IMG/VR virus record: IMGVR_UViG_3300033273_000613
Span: 7,689 to 71,688 of that record
Reading direction: 5' to 3' (one strand)
DNA: 64,000 bases
Origin: a virus
The stretch's first letter is position 1. Every line of letters begins with the position of its first letter. The position numbers were made by a program, and so were the translations under genes. This document shows, one piece after another, positions 40,301-49,321 of the stretch. The notes under the pieces were generated by a model. The model ran no database searches. It saw nothing but the letters and a program-made list of their open reading frames with translations, and was not told the origin of the DNA.

Positions 40301-41709
40301 GTTGGTGTACTTGACTCCAAAATTGAGCACTCTTGGCAAGAATTATACTTATCTTCTTCTACATCATCTTCTGTAAGGTTAGTAAAACTATTAAATGAAA
40401 AACAGTCATTACCAACTGAGAAATGAGTATAAGGATATAACTGATTGGAATTACTAAGATTAATTTTAAGTACCGTTGTTGATCCTGTGTATGAAGAACT
40501 ACATGAATTTACCCTAAAGTTCAAAGTATTACCACTAGTGATAAATTCGTCACTAAATGATTCACATTCTTCACAAGTTTCATGTACTGTTTGTATGAAA
40601 TAACTTTCAGAAGTTTCAGTCGTTTGATCAATTATAGTTGCACATACGGTTTCTCCTGACGCATTTATGTATGTTACAACTTTCCCAATAGTAAAGTTAG
40701 CCTCATCTTCGGTACCGTAAACTTTTAATATCTCATCATTTAAAGTTGGGTCACAGTTATTCGACGTAAAATAATAGGTATTTCTAGATACACCAGTAAA
40801 GTTAAAATTTTGAGTCGGGCTAGGTGTAGGTGTACTAAATGGTGTACCAGATGGCGTTTGAGTTTTTGTTACTGTAACAGTATTAGTCGGTGTATTTGTT
40901 ACTGTGTTTGTTGGTGTAGGTGTTGGGGTTGGGGTTCCGCATTCACAATAGAACGGATCATTACACCCAAAAGAGAGTGGTCCAGTTGTTGTACCATCAA
41001 AAGTAGTGGAACTCACATATGAGGTTTCACCAGTAAATGTGTAACACCCATCAGGTAAGTTAGAATCATTTTCAACAAAATATGTACCTGTTGGTGACGC
41101 GGCAAAACTTCCCTGACTTATTCGATAAACGGAATTTGGTGGACAACATTGTCTCAAATAATACCATGATGGTGTACTTGTGATTGTTGGTGTTATAGAA
41201 GTAGTTGGAGTTATTGTTGGTGTTGGCGTAGAAGTAGGTGTTGGTGTTGGTGGAGTATAATAAACTTTTAGTGATGGCTGCTCAGTACCACCCGAAACTC
41301 TATATTCACCACCCAAAATTGAGATTACTCTAGTATTCCATCTAAGTGTACTAATATTCGCAGTGGTGATACTTAAACCGTGTAATTCTGTAGGACCACC
41401 AAAAGTTGTTGCAGTTAAAGATCCAACAGGTGCAGACACATTATAATAAGTTCCCGCAGTTGCACCTAAACTTATATTAAATCTAACATCTGTTGCTGAT
41501 GTCGTAGTACCGTACATAACTTTGATTTCAACACCGTTGATTGTAGAACCTGCAGGTATAGATGACCAATCATGCCCATCCATTGCAACTCTAGACCCAA
41601 CAGTTGTTGCCTTAGCAAGACCAGAGGCACCATCTAAAAGATTTGCTGCGTCAGTAAAACCACCCGTACTAACATTATTAGTACCTCTTATAAAACCTGT
41701 ATCTGCCAT
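31387..41709 (-). CDS. Giant mucin-like putative virion protein (3440 aa): Cys modules, long TP tracts, a duplicated ~340-aa domain and SprB-like repeats
   Basis: Cys modules and TP tracts throughout. Two homologous domains begin [10 protein letters not shown] and [10 protein letters not shown]. About 7 SprB-like repeats, e.g. [16 protein letters not shown]...[16 protein letters not shown]. Confidence 0.85.
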   Translation of the reverse strand: MADTGFIRGTNNVSTGGFTDAANLLDGASGLAKATTVGSRVAMDGHDWSSIPAGSTINGVEIKVMYGTTTSATDVRFNISLGATAGTYYNVSAPVGSLTATTFGGPTELHGLSITTANISTLRWNTRVISILGGEYRVSGGTEQPSLKVYYTPPTPTPTSTPTPTITPTTSITPTITSTPSWYYLRQCCPPNSVYRISQGSFAASPTGTYFVENDSNLPDGCYTFTGETSYVSSTTFDGTTTGPLSFGCNDPFYCECGTPTPTPTPTNTVTNTPTNTVTVTKTQTPSGTPFSTPTPSPTQNFNFTGVSRNTYYFTSNNCDPTLNDEILKVYGTEDEANFTIGKVVTYINASGETVCATIIDQTTETSESYFIQTVHETCEECESFSDEFITSGNTLNFRVNSCSSSYTGSTTVLKINLSNSNQLYPYTHFSVGNDCFSFNSFTNLTEDDVEEDKYNSCQECSILESSTPTPTPTITPSHTQTQTPSLTTTIQATPTVTSTQHITKYIARNCCNPSQDIYVEAPVNPKKIFVFYDGTISNLDHIKNASKTIRRWYSEYIVKRQWQPGNLYEMVIGNQGSQRNGENWLWWSTYPYLGSLTGGTLSVLSEDITEFTDIIQNSLFVSGSCDPSISGYRCAPFKTEVNDSNSIFRRINRGQDLDTGINTSVSNGVPFNHSELNQTSRSGSGSFDGGIDDYLVITVIEESSGNIGFYHGNKTQEDLYTDPFTLDGSGWDSENVKEPSNRFIHDYESYLKVWSEIQDLSGETNTYVYTVPNGDTRNNAFQMHNIASYLGETITQQGFLDEFGESIQSVGSQNLNLSALTYTNVYSALTSTVAYQYYLSESEQNGAGLKNFGVIIDPSLANYEEYTTIVALGISLDYFLKDGFIYFGTCYEFYKEDLTITPIITLDADDIVKNVCSNQHCTNLCPSPTPSVTPSNTPTPSITPSITPTATVTQTNTPSITPTKTPPPTVNKKAPPFTSYTFNICVGSGESEKVTTHFISKSYYESAGSNDAFIYKGSVFGLVDTTEYNIAPTITSGLLWYSNCATALNNLILTPTATPTTTLTKTPAYVYGTFYNCCNDETGTFKVLSTLIGDLEYGDGFTFDGYCWEWRDNYTITGSFYDHLVNNVTTRICDNCPENISNCPTSTPTNTPTVTQTVSISPIIYEYYKVNPVDCCDGITQPFPDGFYINDQIPLGQVFIYTGSTYPDQNGKCFIVQYDPTLNPTEKLTYNLSDTFTNCSVCIRESQPCPTPTPTVTPSITPTNTNTPTNTPTNTATPSNTLTNTPTPSITKTTFQTSTPTPTNTQTPTNTPTVTSSITASLTNTASLTPTNSPTSSVTPTSSLTPTATPTLSETKKIFYNLVSVSGVCNNDTITLFLSNNVNPGDYFGFTGKCYYALSYTSGPAIGMAVIDTTYSSFEECSISNPCSTPTPTPSQTNTPTVSINSTLSPTPTNTLTPTPSPATKIAIISNCCDPSDPVLEILVNGDATVGQSLRLNDKCYSVVSLPKGVKSGLLYYDLDYDSCTECTTSFPCITSTPTRTADPTQTPTLSPNLTPSVTPTITPTNLQNSWVAKNCCNSSNRLIVSVPANSQKIYVFYDSTNLTATQLKNASENIRSWYQGKVNNNEYESGNLYEIVTGGVLDNGQTWLWYASYPYLGSLSAGTVNGNTITAFGANGESVEHSKYDSRWCKSNDDGKCVPKNPSFNLSESGSTESDIYKRVSFGYRLEGSYGVSDSRSNGIPFTPESGQEDTFTNVYGNFAGEDTNYTSIIVTNQSSGNVGLYHGSTSTDSSGSKKSDLYNNPFRLDGNGWQNELTDFSDSEGLYFEPTERFVHDYETYLKVWNQVQTSGGSINVLVYPVIENNRDSVPFVQHVVASIEGSTLSPGYYENKYGESIYNVGPQNLNLQALISENKYDELHLNSTYLDLDVKYQIGSGLKNFDVYVSPSVTGFSLGQINSALDNFDLNAGYTNNYGFIQGGECYFLSEPVFDIPQFTISSLTSDICNSDDCPKCSRIGCYNGATIGSFSYTDCTSGAIVTGFTSGINVCVDTSQEFYGVDVSGYVECTNQTRVNYEITGSVTGTCENENGGIIAIVINGGVQPYTIQYNGPAPESALGDYPEQIYNNIVFDGLPNGVYGFTFTDSIGEVRSISLAVQGCTSISINEVRNTTCGNDNGLISGTTTVDNYPVSSYLYRDQILVGQFNLFTPEFSYNNLSPGAYYVGIVGSDNTTSVSQTVILESSTLVEYDYTVEGVPQCNLTGGSVNINITAGESPYKLYFPNGFSAETENNEYAFTGYSVGQTSFTIIDSNDCAVTENFFMSSVNLLTVNDIILRAVQCLDCNGEIDFTISGGTAPFEVKLDQGEFVEVDGNEVTLTGLCAGAHTILVRDVDGCQSNNNTVTNFTINDLGGLNSVEITKTDAGCGNDGTISIQVDGQFVVGQTLFRYHGVCSSPTSNYGEVEFDVVTNQFDTYQTGLASGPWSITAGTINNTTEKEYICPFESELTIGDAEIPFTIQKTIADTTCGQNNGSAYILIFSNNDQLLDELLGITSTYDIIVKNTVNQQIVFQNIGTTTASFNVVNLAPSTYVATLTNDNGCSLEDYFTIGTSSGINFTLIVQQPVNGNDGRIEVLVTDGTPPYFYGFNGGNASDQSIYENLTSGIYTVTVIDSSGCLLEQSVELKGSINVESSQIIEISSSDFNITTSGKRSIKNMFDEGFTEVTYGNAGCVLINATFTARVTILGDGITIDETVNFYNSTNIYDYPSDNQWASAVSSILSSIEYFSEYDVDLLTNLVTVKSEVIDDVDPLEDATMSLNMSIDYDIECSSTLREGILPTLTATITNTPTPTNTPTITPSGKLEDLIKSVMISSCCRNDVKEVLVNGLISINDIIEYNDECYEVIQLSDRDNGELVESDVYTSCSGCTSEVICPTPTPTVTTSQTPTNTPTNTVTPSQTATSTQTPTQTSTQTQTPTNTPTNTVTPSITSTQTPTITPSQTASNTPTPTQTPSNTETPTNTPTPTNTPTNSVTPSETPTNTPSTTNTLTPTSSVTPSETPTNTPTNTQSPTPSITVSPTVTTTITLSPSITPSNSATPTNTPSNTASLTPTQTMTNTPTTTQTPTNTITPSNTPTNTQTPSNTPTITPTASPTKSLGATNTPTPTNTPTNTVTPSETPTQTPTQTQTQTETPTQTPTQTQTPTNTPSNTTTVTPSITESPINYVGVQLSGCCDGDVITVNLSKTYAIDNNVVLVDNTCYKVIAIADIIYVGYEFKSPINEFEDCDECNNFNNECITPTPTKTPTNTVTPTNTITPTNTYTPSVTPSVTVTNSLTPSTTDVLYSTPFPTNSPTPSQGYVYATYIASIVGVSVSQYYYDDSSEFWPFSGTQNSKLVIPNILGSENLAVYTNSIWEVDGWYLKIKTIYSPNVESDVKVANNFIGYTED
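32066..32925 (-). repeat. Longest low-complexity Thr-Pro coding tract (~285 aa), degenerate TP[TS]x repeats
   Basis: Translation [19 protein letters not shown]...TPSITESP; codons are synonymously diverged. Confidence 0.85.
37791..37892. repeat. 102-bp direct repeat, copy 2
   Basis: Identical to 16192..16293 except A37862 versus G16263. Confidence 0.92.
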
Positions 41710-41713
41710 TAGT

Positions 41714-41721
41714 TATAAATA
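41714..41721 (-). promoter_or_regulatory. TATTTATA motif, candidate late promoter
   Basis: TATTTATA-N4-ATG(41709). Confidence 0.55.
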
Positions 41722-41776
41722 CTGATAAAATTATTTATTAAGTGTAGGTTTATATCTTATAATTCATCATAATTTT

Positions 41777-44700
41777 TTATTTTATAGTTATAAAAAATGG
41801 ATTCTTAGCTATATTCAATTTTTTTGAATCTTCTTTTGTTTTACCAGGAAAATATCCTGTCTGACCATTATAACCAAAAGATCTCACACCTTCTAAATTA
41901 TTTTTTAATGCAAATTCAAGGGCACTTTCTTTTGTTTCGAATAACGGCTCACCATCAATAAATCTTAAAATACCAGTACTATTATCGATACAGTTTATTG
42001 AAAGTTCAACTCTAAGATTTATACTGAAAGTTGGTTGAAATATTATCGTCTCACATCCAGAGTTTTGTATTTTTACTATATTTTCTTGAACCGTATACAC
42101 TAGTCCGTAGGCCAAAACACTATCTAAATTATTAATTACGGAGTCATACCAATCGGTACTTGAAGGTACTTGAGTATTTCCTAATCCAGTAAAGAATAGT
42201 TCGTCCGCTGTTGTTATATCACCGAATGCCATATTAACATACCAATTAGTTACAATTGAATTCAGTGAACATAGGTTGATATCATAACCATTATTATCAA
42301 TGACATTCTGTAAAACAGTATTTAATACTTCTATTTGATTATCTAAAGTAATATCAAGTTCAGCTTCCCTAGTTAAACAATCATATAAAAATAACGGACC
42401 AGTTAATGTACAAGGATTCTGTATGATAGGTATAATTTCACATCCACGTTGTTTTCTCCATACTACTTTTTGACGATCTAATACATTGTTTTCAAATTTT
42501 TGACCTCCTGTCCATAGTGTTGTTGCAGGGATAACTTGTTCAACAATTTTCATCCAATAGTCACCAATTCCATTTGTGAAATCGATCATTTTCTGATAAT
42601 TGTATTTATTAGAAGGTATGTTAACAGTTTCTTCAGAATTTATATAGTCCCAATATAATTTTTGAAGTGATGGATAATTGTATGTAGAAGTCTGTCTGGT
42701 TCTTACATTTATCATGTTTCGATAAAATGTTTGTGCAAACTCAAAGAAAGTTTTTTCTTTCGGTTTAGGACTAATTATTGTCCTATCGATCCCTTCAGTA
42801 TTTTGGAAATCACCAGTTAACCCTGAAGATGGAATTGGGTAGTTATATTTCACCGACATATCCCAAATGTCGTATATCGCACCTTGCCCAATATTTAAAA
42901 AAGCTTCAATATTTTTAGAATTTAGTACTAATCTTTCGTCGTTAACTTGATAGTAACTACTAAAGGTTCCTGATCTTTCATTTCTTAATCCTAGTTCACT
43001 GTCAGCCCAAGACTTTCTATTATCAATAACCCTTGTCAATGAAAACCCTAAATTCATATATGGAAATTCAGTAAAGTTTTTCAAATATTTACCACCATAT
43101 GTAAATTGTTCAAATTCTGTTTGAACTGTAGGATTCATACCCGTAAAAACTGAACCACTATTATTTATTATTTCTATACTACGGTGGTCAGGAGTTTGTT
43201 CGTACCAACCAGCACCTTGTTGATAGAAAAATTGATCAGATTGATTCGTAAAACTAGGGTAACCAAAATCATCAACTGGATAGTCCTTCCTTGTCGTATT
43301 AACATCAATTAATAATGACTGTGTTGTAAAACCAGTATAAGGTACACCATCAATTGTGTACTGATTAGACGGATCTAATACAATTTCTTCTTGAATTTTT
43401 GTTCCTCCCGAAAATGAATTAAATTCATCACTGAATAACTCCATATTTATAGGACCATCCGCCAAATAAATAGTTTCATTTATTTCTATTAATGCTTTAG
43501 GAGCACCAATAAGTCTAAAAATGTATTCAATCGATTTTTTAGTACCCTTAGATTTGAATAGATTAGCAGAATTTAAAATTAAGTTTCTGTAAAATTGGAA
43601 ATTAACTTCTGCAGGTGTACTGTCTTTTGACTTTCCTCCATATACCGACCCTTCTTTCGTGTTAAAAATGGACTCTAAAAAATTATCGTTACTGATAGGT
43701 GAAATATTGTCATTCCACCCTAAAGTTAGGGATAAATTTTTAAGTAATTGTGAAGGTATGTCATCTTCAACTATATAATTTACTGAATTTATATGTCCAA
43801 GAGCATCTATAAATTTTTTAATATCGTCAAAGCTTCTTCCGTATAATTGAAGAACCTTTTCCATTTTCTGATCGTCAGTATCAAAGTCTTTAAATGCCCC
43901 GGTAGTTAGAAATCTGGATATTAAATCTGTTTTAAAATCGTCTAGGTCACCACCAATTTCACTAAGTTTTTTTAGATATGTATCATATTTTTCACTTATA
44001 ATATCGAGATTCCATTTACCTAATAATGGCCATGTAACCGATTTATTTGTCTTAAAAAACTTACCACTTATATCTTGTTCAACAACTTGAAATTTACATG
44101 TATATTGTGGAACTGATTCTCTATTTAAAATGAACTTTTCTACCTCATCAAAATTATTAGAAAACTCTTTTTCAGTCTCTAAATTATTTGGTTTGATATG
44201 TAGTGTCTCAATACTTGTAGAATTATTATTAAACGGGTTTCCACTCACAACAAATCTCAGATATCCATCGTTAAAGTTTTCAGACGGATCAAAATCTAAA
44301 ACTACATATTCATCATTAAAATTCTCAGATAAATAAAGTGCATACTTAAGATAGTTAGTTGATAGATCTCTTAATTTTGATACTTCGACTGGGGTAAGCG
44401 ATACGTTACGAAATGAATTCCGTGTGAAATCGATATCAAATGGATTTTCGATTTTATTTACATTTACCTTAAACTCGGTTGAGTTGTCGTCAATATCAAA
44501 AACAATGTCGTAAGCAGTAAACCCAGTATTATAATTAATATCAACATATTCTATTTCAAGAGATGCTGGAAAATGATTTATTATTTTGGTTACTGATGCT
44601 GATAATCTTTTTTGTAAAGAACCATAGAGTGCAAAATTAGTAACTTGTGTTAAATCATAGTTAGGATATACTGAAAAATTTTTTTGGACTATTAATTTAG

Positions 44701-44923
44701 CCTCTTCAATATTTTTAATCTGTAAAGTTGAAAGTGTTATTGGTTCAGAAAATGTACCTATCTCAAACGTTCTATTCTTTTTTTCACCAATAGACTCTGT
44801 AAATTCAAAATTACCCTGTGTCAATCCACCACCATCAGTAATTTGAGTACCTACTAAATTTCTAGAAAAGGTGTCATCCCCATTTGGCGGGGCTGGTGGA
44901 TATCTATATTTATTGTCAGCCAT
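41777..44923 (-). CDS. Putative baseplate wedge protein (gp7/P2 gpI-like core), 1048 aa
   Basis: IPSQLLKNLSLTLGW...LFKSKGTKKSIEYIFRLIG resembles the KGT motif of gpI/gp7-type wedge proteins; it lies in the baseplate cluster. Confidence 0.55.
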   Translation of the reverse strand: MADNKYRYPPAPPNGDDTFSRNLVGTQITDGGGLTQGNFEFTESIGEKKNRTFEIGTFSEPITLSTLQIKNIEEAKLIVQKNFSVYPNYDLTQVTNFALYGSLQKRLSASVTKIINHFPASLEIEYVDINYNTGFTAYDIVFDIDDNSTEFKVNVNKIENPFDIDFTRNSFRNVSLTPVEVSKLRDLSTNYLKYALYLSENFNDEYVVLDFDPSENFNDGYLRFVVSGNPFNNNSTSIETLHIKPNNLETEKEFSNNFDEVEKFILNRESVPQYTCKFQVVEQDISGKFFKTNKSVTWPLLGKWNLDIISEKYDTYLKKLSEIGGDLDDFKTDLISRFLTTGAFKDFDTDDQKMEKVLQLYGRSFDDIKKFIDALGHINSVNYIVEDDIPSQLLKNLSLTLGWNDNISPISNDNFLESIFNTKEGSVYGGKSKDSTPAEVNFQFYRNLILNSANLFKSKGTKKSIEYIFRLIGAPKALIEINETIYLADGPINMELFSDEFNSFSGGTKIQEEIVLDPSNQYTIDGVPYTGFTTQSLLIDVNTTRKDYPVDDFGYPSFTNQSDQFFYQQGAGWYEQTPDHRSIEIINNSGSVFTGMNPTVQTEFEQFTYGGKYLKNFTEFPYMNLGFSLTRVIDNRKSWADSELGLRNERSGTFSSYYQVNDERLVLNSKNIEAFLNIGQGAIYDIWDMSVKYNYPIPSSGLTGDFQNTEGIDRTIISPKPKEKTFFEFAQTFYRNMINVRTRQTSTYNYPSLQKLYWDYINSEETVNIPSNKYNYQKMIDFTNGIGDYWMKIVEQVIPATTLWTGGQKFENNVLDRQKVVWRKQRGCEIIPIIQNPCTLTGPLFLYDCLTREAELDITLDNQIEVLNTVLQNVIDNNGYDINLCSLNSIVTNWYVNMAFGDITTADELFFTGLGNTQVPSSTDWYDSVINNLDSVLAYGLVYTVQENIVKIQNSGCETIIFQPTFSINLRVELSINCIDNSTGILRFIDGEPLFETKESALEFALKNNLEGVRSFGYNGQTGYFPGKTKEDSKKLNIAKNPFFITIK

Positions 44924-45831
44924 TACTCAATAATTGATGTGAAGTTTTTACTGAAATCAATATTATTATTTCTATTTTGTCTTACTTCGTAAAGCAGGTT
45001 ATTGAATTCGTCTCTGATCTCGAATAAGTTGTATTGTTTATATATATTAAGATCCTTATCATATAATGTGTATATTCCATCTTCAATACTCTTAGTTTGA
45101 TTACCATAAAGAGCAATTGCTAGTGTATCTATGTCATGTTCAGCTAACTCTACATCAATTGATATTGGGTTGAAGAAGGTATTTGTGACTATAATATTTT
45201 GGTCTGGGTTCCCTATAAATGGCGTCGCACTTGGCTTATTAGAAGGTGCACTAGACGGTGATACTGTACAAAATATTAAATCACTACCACTATCTACATA
45301 ACGATACCTTACCGTTTTTTGTGTAGTATTAGTTTGATTAGTAACTACTGGTTCACAAAAGAAAGACGAAGTGATAATTCTGAACATATTTGTGATTTTA
45401 GTACCGTCATTATTTAAATATTCAACTCTATAACCTACCAACCCATCTGAAGTAAATCTACTTCTAAACTCAGATGGTACTTCGTTTATATCTATAATAA
45501 TACCTTTAACATTTGGTAATGCAGAAAGTACCCCACAATCACGAATTGATGTTCTAATTTCTATTGGTTTTATATAGAGTGTATATATACCTATTTTATC
45601 AAACTCGCTCGATGGTAAAGATAGGTTATATAATCCACCAATAATCTCAACATTAGGATTACCACCAGTGCTTTCATTGTGATAAATTGGTGACAAAACA
45701 TCTACAGCATTTAATTTTTTTAACTGTGTATCTTGACTAACATCTCTACTTGGAGAGTAATTAAGTATTATTTCCACATCTTCTGGTGAAACATCAGATG
45801 GTCTTTGTATTCCGTAACTTCCAAGTGCCAT
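44923..45831 (-). CDS. Hypothetical protein, probable virion structural
   Basis: 302-aa ORF, translationally coupled (TAATG) to the next gene. Confidence 0.75.
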   Translation of the reverse strand: MALGSYGIQRPSDVSPEDVEIILNYSPSRDVSQDTQLKKLNAVDVLSPIYHNESTGGNPNVEIIGGLYNLSLPSSEFDKIGIYTLYIKPIEIRTSIRDCGVLSALPNVKGIIIDINEVPSEFRSRFTSDGLVGYRVEYLNNDGTKITNMFRIITSSFFCEPVVTNQTNTTQKTVRYRYVDSGSDLIFCTVSPSSAPSNKPSATPFIGNPDQNIIVTNTFFNPISIDVELAEHDIDTLAIALYGNQTKSIEDGIYTLYDKDLNIYKQYNLFEIRDEFNNLLYEVRQNRNNNIDFSKNFTSIIE

Positions 45832-45832
45832 T

Positions 45833-46786
45833 TTATTCTGTATTTATTTTAAAGTATTTATATCCGTAATTTTGGAGATCACCTAAATTATCAACTTCAC
45901 CTAGTCTTTGTAAGTTTTCTAATCCTGAGAGTTTCCCTCTATCGATAAATATTTCAGATTGAATTTCTGGAGAATCAACAATTCCTAAAAGTACTTCTTC
46001 TTTTACCGCACCTGAATAAACTACCTGATCATACAAACCTTTAGTTGTAACTACATACACAGTCTGACCGTTTGGATAATCATAATAATCAATATTATTA
46101 ATTGTATATGCAGTATATTGATTATTCATTTCGGTTATATTCCCATAAATCTCACCATCTCTATATATTGGACTTAATGGAATAAATTTTACACTACCAT
46201 ATCTCTTTAACTCAGATAATCTAGAATTTGTAAATCCCGTAACTAAATTTTCAATATCATCATACATCTGATCCATTTCAGCAGATAAAGATAAATTAGA
46301 TATATAAGGTACTGATATTGTTTGTTTTATTTCATTTACACCCCACTTACTTTTTTGTGTATATTTTATAGTATAGCTTGAAGGTGTTTGTGGGTATAGA
46401 TGTGTAACAAAATTTTGATCGGACGGATTAAATTCTTCTATAAAATTGTCTCCCCAGTCGATCGTATACTCCGAATCTTTATTAAATTTTTTATTGTTGA
46501 TTGTGTTATCAACAAATAATATCTCATAGTTATTAAATGGATTACCCGATATAGTAAAACTTAGTAACTTATTTAATGTTTCTACCTCACCATCAAATGC
46601 AGTGTAAAAACCTATGTCATCGATTTTTTGATCCAGATTAATTTGAAGTTCGATATTTCCTAATAACCCATTACTTAAAACATATTCCATTGGTGAGTAA
46701 TATCCAAAATCATTACTTTGATAAACTTGATCAATGATTTCTTTTGATATACTTTCTGGTGATATTTTAAAGTAAAAATGGTTCAT
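45833..46786 (-). CDS. Hypothetical structural protein with a PKD-like segment
   Basis: YTIDWGD...VTHLY...SYTI is a PKD-type pattern; ATGA overlap with the upstream gene. Confidence 0.7.
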   Translation of the reverse strand: MNHFYFKISPESISKEIIDQVYQSNDFGYYSPMEYVLSNGLLGNIELQINLDQKIDDIGFYTAFDGEVETLNKLLSFTISGNPFNNYEILFVDNTINNKKFNKDSEYTIDWGDNFIEEFNPSDQNFVTHLYPQTPSSYTIKYTQKSKWGVNEIKQTISVPYISNLSLSAEMDQMYDDIENLVTGFTNSRLSELKRYGSVKFIPLSPIYRDGEIYGNITEMNNQYTAYTINNIDYYDYPNGQTVYVVTTKGLYDQVVYSGAVKEEVLLGIVDSPEIQSEIFIDRGKLSGLENLQRLGEVDNLGDLQNYGYKYFKINTE

Positions 46787-47619
46787 GGATTTATATAAAT
46801 ATACCAGTTTATTGGGTTTAAATTATTCCCTATTTTATTTTCAAATTCATTAAATATTGAATATGTGTAATTTTCATAATTTAGAAATACTTTATAATAA
46901 AAGACGTCTTCTTTTCTAAAATTAAACTTGGAAGCCATCTGAGATTGAGGAATATTTGTAAATCTCTGGAATTGACCAATCTTTGCGTTGAAAAATTTAC
47001 ACGACATATAAAATGTATCAATCTTATTCGTATCAAAATCCCTTGTAAAGTAAAAGAAGTATCCTTCTTTATCTCCAACAAAATCTAATTTAAATTTTGG
47101 TATTCTGACACCAACATTATTTGGTACTAATTCTGTACCTATATTTCTTTCTACCTTATCACCTTGTTGTGTAGGTATTATTACCGTAAAATATATTTTT
47201 TGTTCAAAGCTTTCTTTACTATCATAAAAATCTAACTTGAAAAAACTTCTTTTAAATGAATTTGCATTATAGTATATCTCTTTATCAGTAAACGATTCAC
47301 CAGTAAATGATGGGTTAGTTGTAAAATTATATGATTCAACCCAAAGGTTTGAATCAGAATAACTTGTTTGTGAAACATCAGTAGAATAATCGAAAAAATA
47401 AAAATTATAGTTTATGTCAGTTTCTGTGACACCTTCAGAGACTGGTCCATGTGAAAATCTTTGTGTCTCAAATTTTTTTATAGGATTAATTAATTGTTTT
47501 GTAACTTCATCTTCGTATTGTGAAATTAAATCCTCTTGACCTGTAAGGTCATAATCGATTTTCAAAGGAATATTTATTCTTTGATCTAATTCTGATATTT
47601 TGATCCTATACTTATTCAC
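46783..47619 (-). CDS. Hypothetical protein, probable virion structural
   Basis: 278-aa ORF overlapping both neighbours. Confidence 0.75.
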   Translation of the reverse strand: MNKYRIKISELDQRINIPLKIDYDLTGQEDLISQYEDEVTKQLINPIKKFETQRFSHGPVSEGVTETDINYNFYFFDYSTDVSQTSYSDSNLWVESYNFTTNPSFTGESFTDKEIYYNANSFKRSFFKLDFYDSKESFEQKIYFTVIIPTQQGDKVERNIGTELVPNNVGVRIPKFKLDFVGDKEGYFFYFTRDFDTNKIDTFYMSCKFFNAKIGQFQRFTNIPQSQMASKFNFRKEDVFYYKVFLNYENYTYSIFNEFENKIGNNLNPINWYIYINP

Positions 47620-49321
47620 AGTTGTCAGTAGTTGGCGCTATTATCACATCATTGAAAATGTTCCAGTTTCTCTTCATCGGTGTCTGAAGGAATATAATTT
47701 CTTTAAATGGATAATGAGATCCGTTTATAAATGGGTTATCGATTCCGTTTCCATCAGTGTCTACAAATCCATAGGGATATAAATCTCTCCATCTCCATTG
47801 TTGATTATATTCCGAATAAAAGGAATAGTATGGTATTAGATCAACTTTATCTCTATCACCTGTCTCAACGTAATCAGAAAAAACTCTTAAATTTATTTCA
47901 TGATGTGGTTCGTAAGCATAACCAGACAATAGTGCAGTAAGATTATTATTATCACTATCGTTGAAATGATCTGGATTTAAATTTATCTTATGATTACACT
48001 TTGACAGAACTTTCTCTTCCTGGTTAAATGCATTCCATTCGCAGATATCACCTTTTAAATCACTTTCTTTATCTAATTCACCATTATAGTAAAAATTCCT
48101 TGAATTATATTGGTATAATATAGATGGTATATTATCTCTGTTATCTGCATTACCTGCGGACCACCAACCAGAAATACCATCATCTAGAAAATTATGTTCC
48201 CACCCAACTTGAATATTTGTGTTACTACCAAAAAGTGGTTTGTTGAACCATCCAACATAACCATTCTTAATTATTGTTAGAAATATTTTAGTTAATGGTA
48301 ATCCGTTATTATCAACTAATCCTGAAATATCAATATCATTCTTAAGAGTAAAACTTACCGTTTGTGAGTCATTAAGAACTGAAAGTCTCTGAACTTGATT
48401 AGGTGTTAATGCCGAATACTCAACTTTACTTTGCACGTAAAACGGATTATTCTCGTATCCCATTTTAGCAATTTGACATTCTGAAGATTCAGTAATCAAC
48501 TTATGTTTTCTACAATAATAAACACTTTTAGTTTCTTCACTATTATCAATATCAATGATTCTTTTAAAGTTACCTATTGTATTTTCTGAAACATTTTGAT
48601 AACCAAAATCAAAAATACTAAATACTCTATTTTCATTTCCGAATGATTCATCACCTAACCTATAAACCTCAAAAAACTTTATACCAGAAATTGGGTCTTT
48701 TAGTTCGATATATTCACCTTTACTTAGTCCATGATCGAATCCACAGTAAAAGTAAAATAAATTTTTACCATTGTATTTTCTTTTTTTCAAAATAAATGGT
48801 ACGCCATCAGATACTACAAAATTATTATTTAAATTAGTTTCTTCATCTTCGAATTGTAAATTTTGATCATAGTCATTGGTAGAAGGATATGTCACGTAAA
48901 TTTTCCAATTGTAGGATGAAGCACTACTAGAAACAAATGGTATATGTCCTTGCGGTATAGATGTCCTGAAAAATGTGAATTCATCCGCAGGCGGAAACCC
49001 TTTGAATGATTCTCCTAATTCAATACTGTTTTCAGCATTTACGTAAAATAATGAATTTAAAAATGGACTATATGTTGAAGTTCCCGAAATAGAATTATTA
49101 AACAAATTAGTTATTTTACCACTTAAACTTATTTTATTACTTGTTTGTCTTTCTCTGTCAAATTGTTCAGCAATGTTCAAAATAGTTGTCCTATCTTTTT
49201 CCACATAATTTTTCTCACCACCTTTTAATTCGATATTAATTTGAGAATTAACATCTGTGGACCCAGCAAAACGCTCACTACCTTTTACTATTCGGATAAT
49301 ATCATTTTTTTTATTACTCAT
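47612..49321 (-). CDS. Hypothetical protein, probable virion structural
   Basis: 569-aa ORF with ATGA coupling to the upstream gene. Confidence 0.75.
   Translation of the reverse strand: MSNKKNDIIRIVKGSERFAGSTDVNSQINIELKGGEKNYVEKDRTTILNIAEQFDRERQTSNKISLSGKITNLFNNSISGTSTYSPFLNSLFYVNAENSIELGESFKGFPPADEFTFFRTSIPQGHIPFVSSSASSYNWKIYVTYPSTNDYDQNLQFEDEETNLNNNFVVSDGVPFILKKRKYNGKNLFYFYCGFDHGLSKGEYIELKDPISGIKFFEVYRLGDESFGNENRVFSIFDFGYQNVSENTIGNFKRIIDIDNSEETKSVYYCRKHKLITESSECQIAKMGYENNPFYVQSKVEYSALTPNQVQRLSVLNDSQTVSFTLKNDIDISGLVDNNGLPLTKIFLTIIKNGYVGWFNKPLFGSNTNIQVGWEHNFLDDGISGWWSAGNADNRDNIPSILYQYNSRNFYYNGELDKESDLKGDICEWNAFNQEEKVLSKCNHKINLNPDHFNDSDNNNLTALLSGYAYEPHHEINLRVFSDYVETGDRDKVDLIPYYSFYSEYNQQWRWRDLYPYGFVDTDGNGIDNPFINGSHYPFKEIIFLQTPMKRNWNIFNDVIIAPTTDNCE

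Noticed and set aside
15501-41022. Plus-strand Val/Gly-rich or Cys/Trp-rich ORFs (e.g. 15501, 16176, 18474, 18714, 24589, 32044, 32525, 38801, 40810)
   Set aside because: They are antisense shadows of Thr-Pro codons inside long minus-strand genes.
1-41709. Eukaryotic or giant-virus (NCLDV) origin suggested by mucin-like Cys-rich proteins and GT60
   Set aside because: The block is contiguous with gp25/gp6 baseplate genes, bacterial-type RNR and DnaB, overlapping stop/start codons and an intrinsic terminator.
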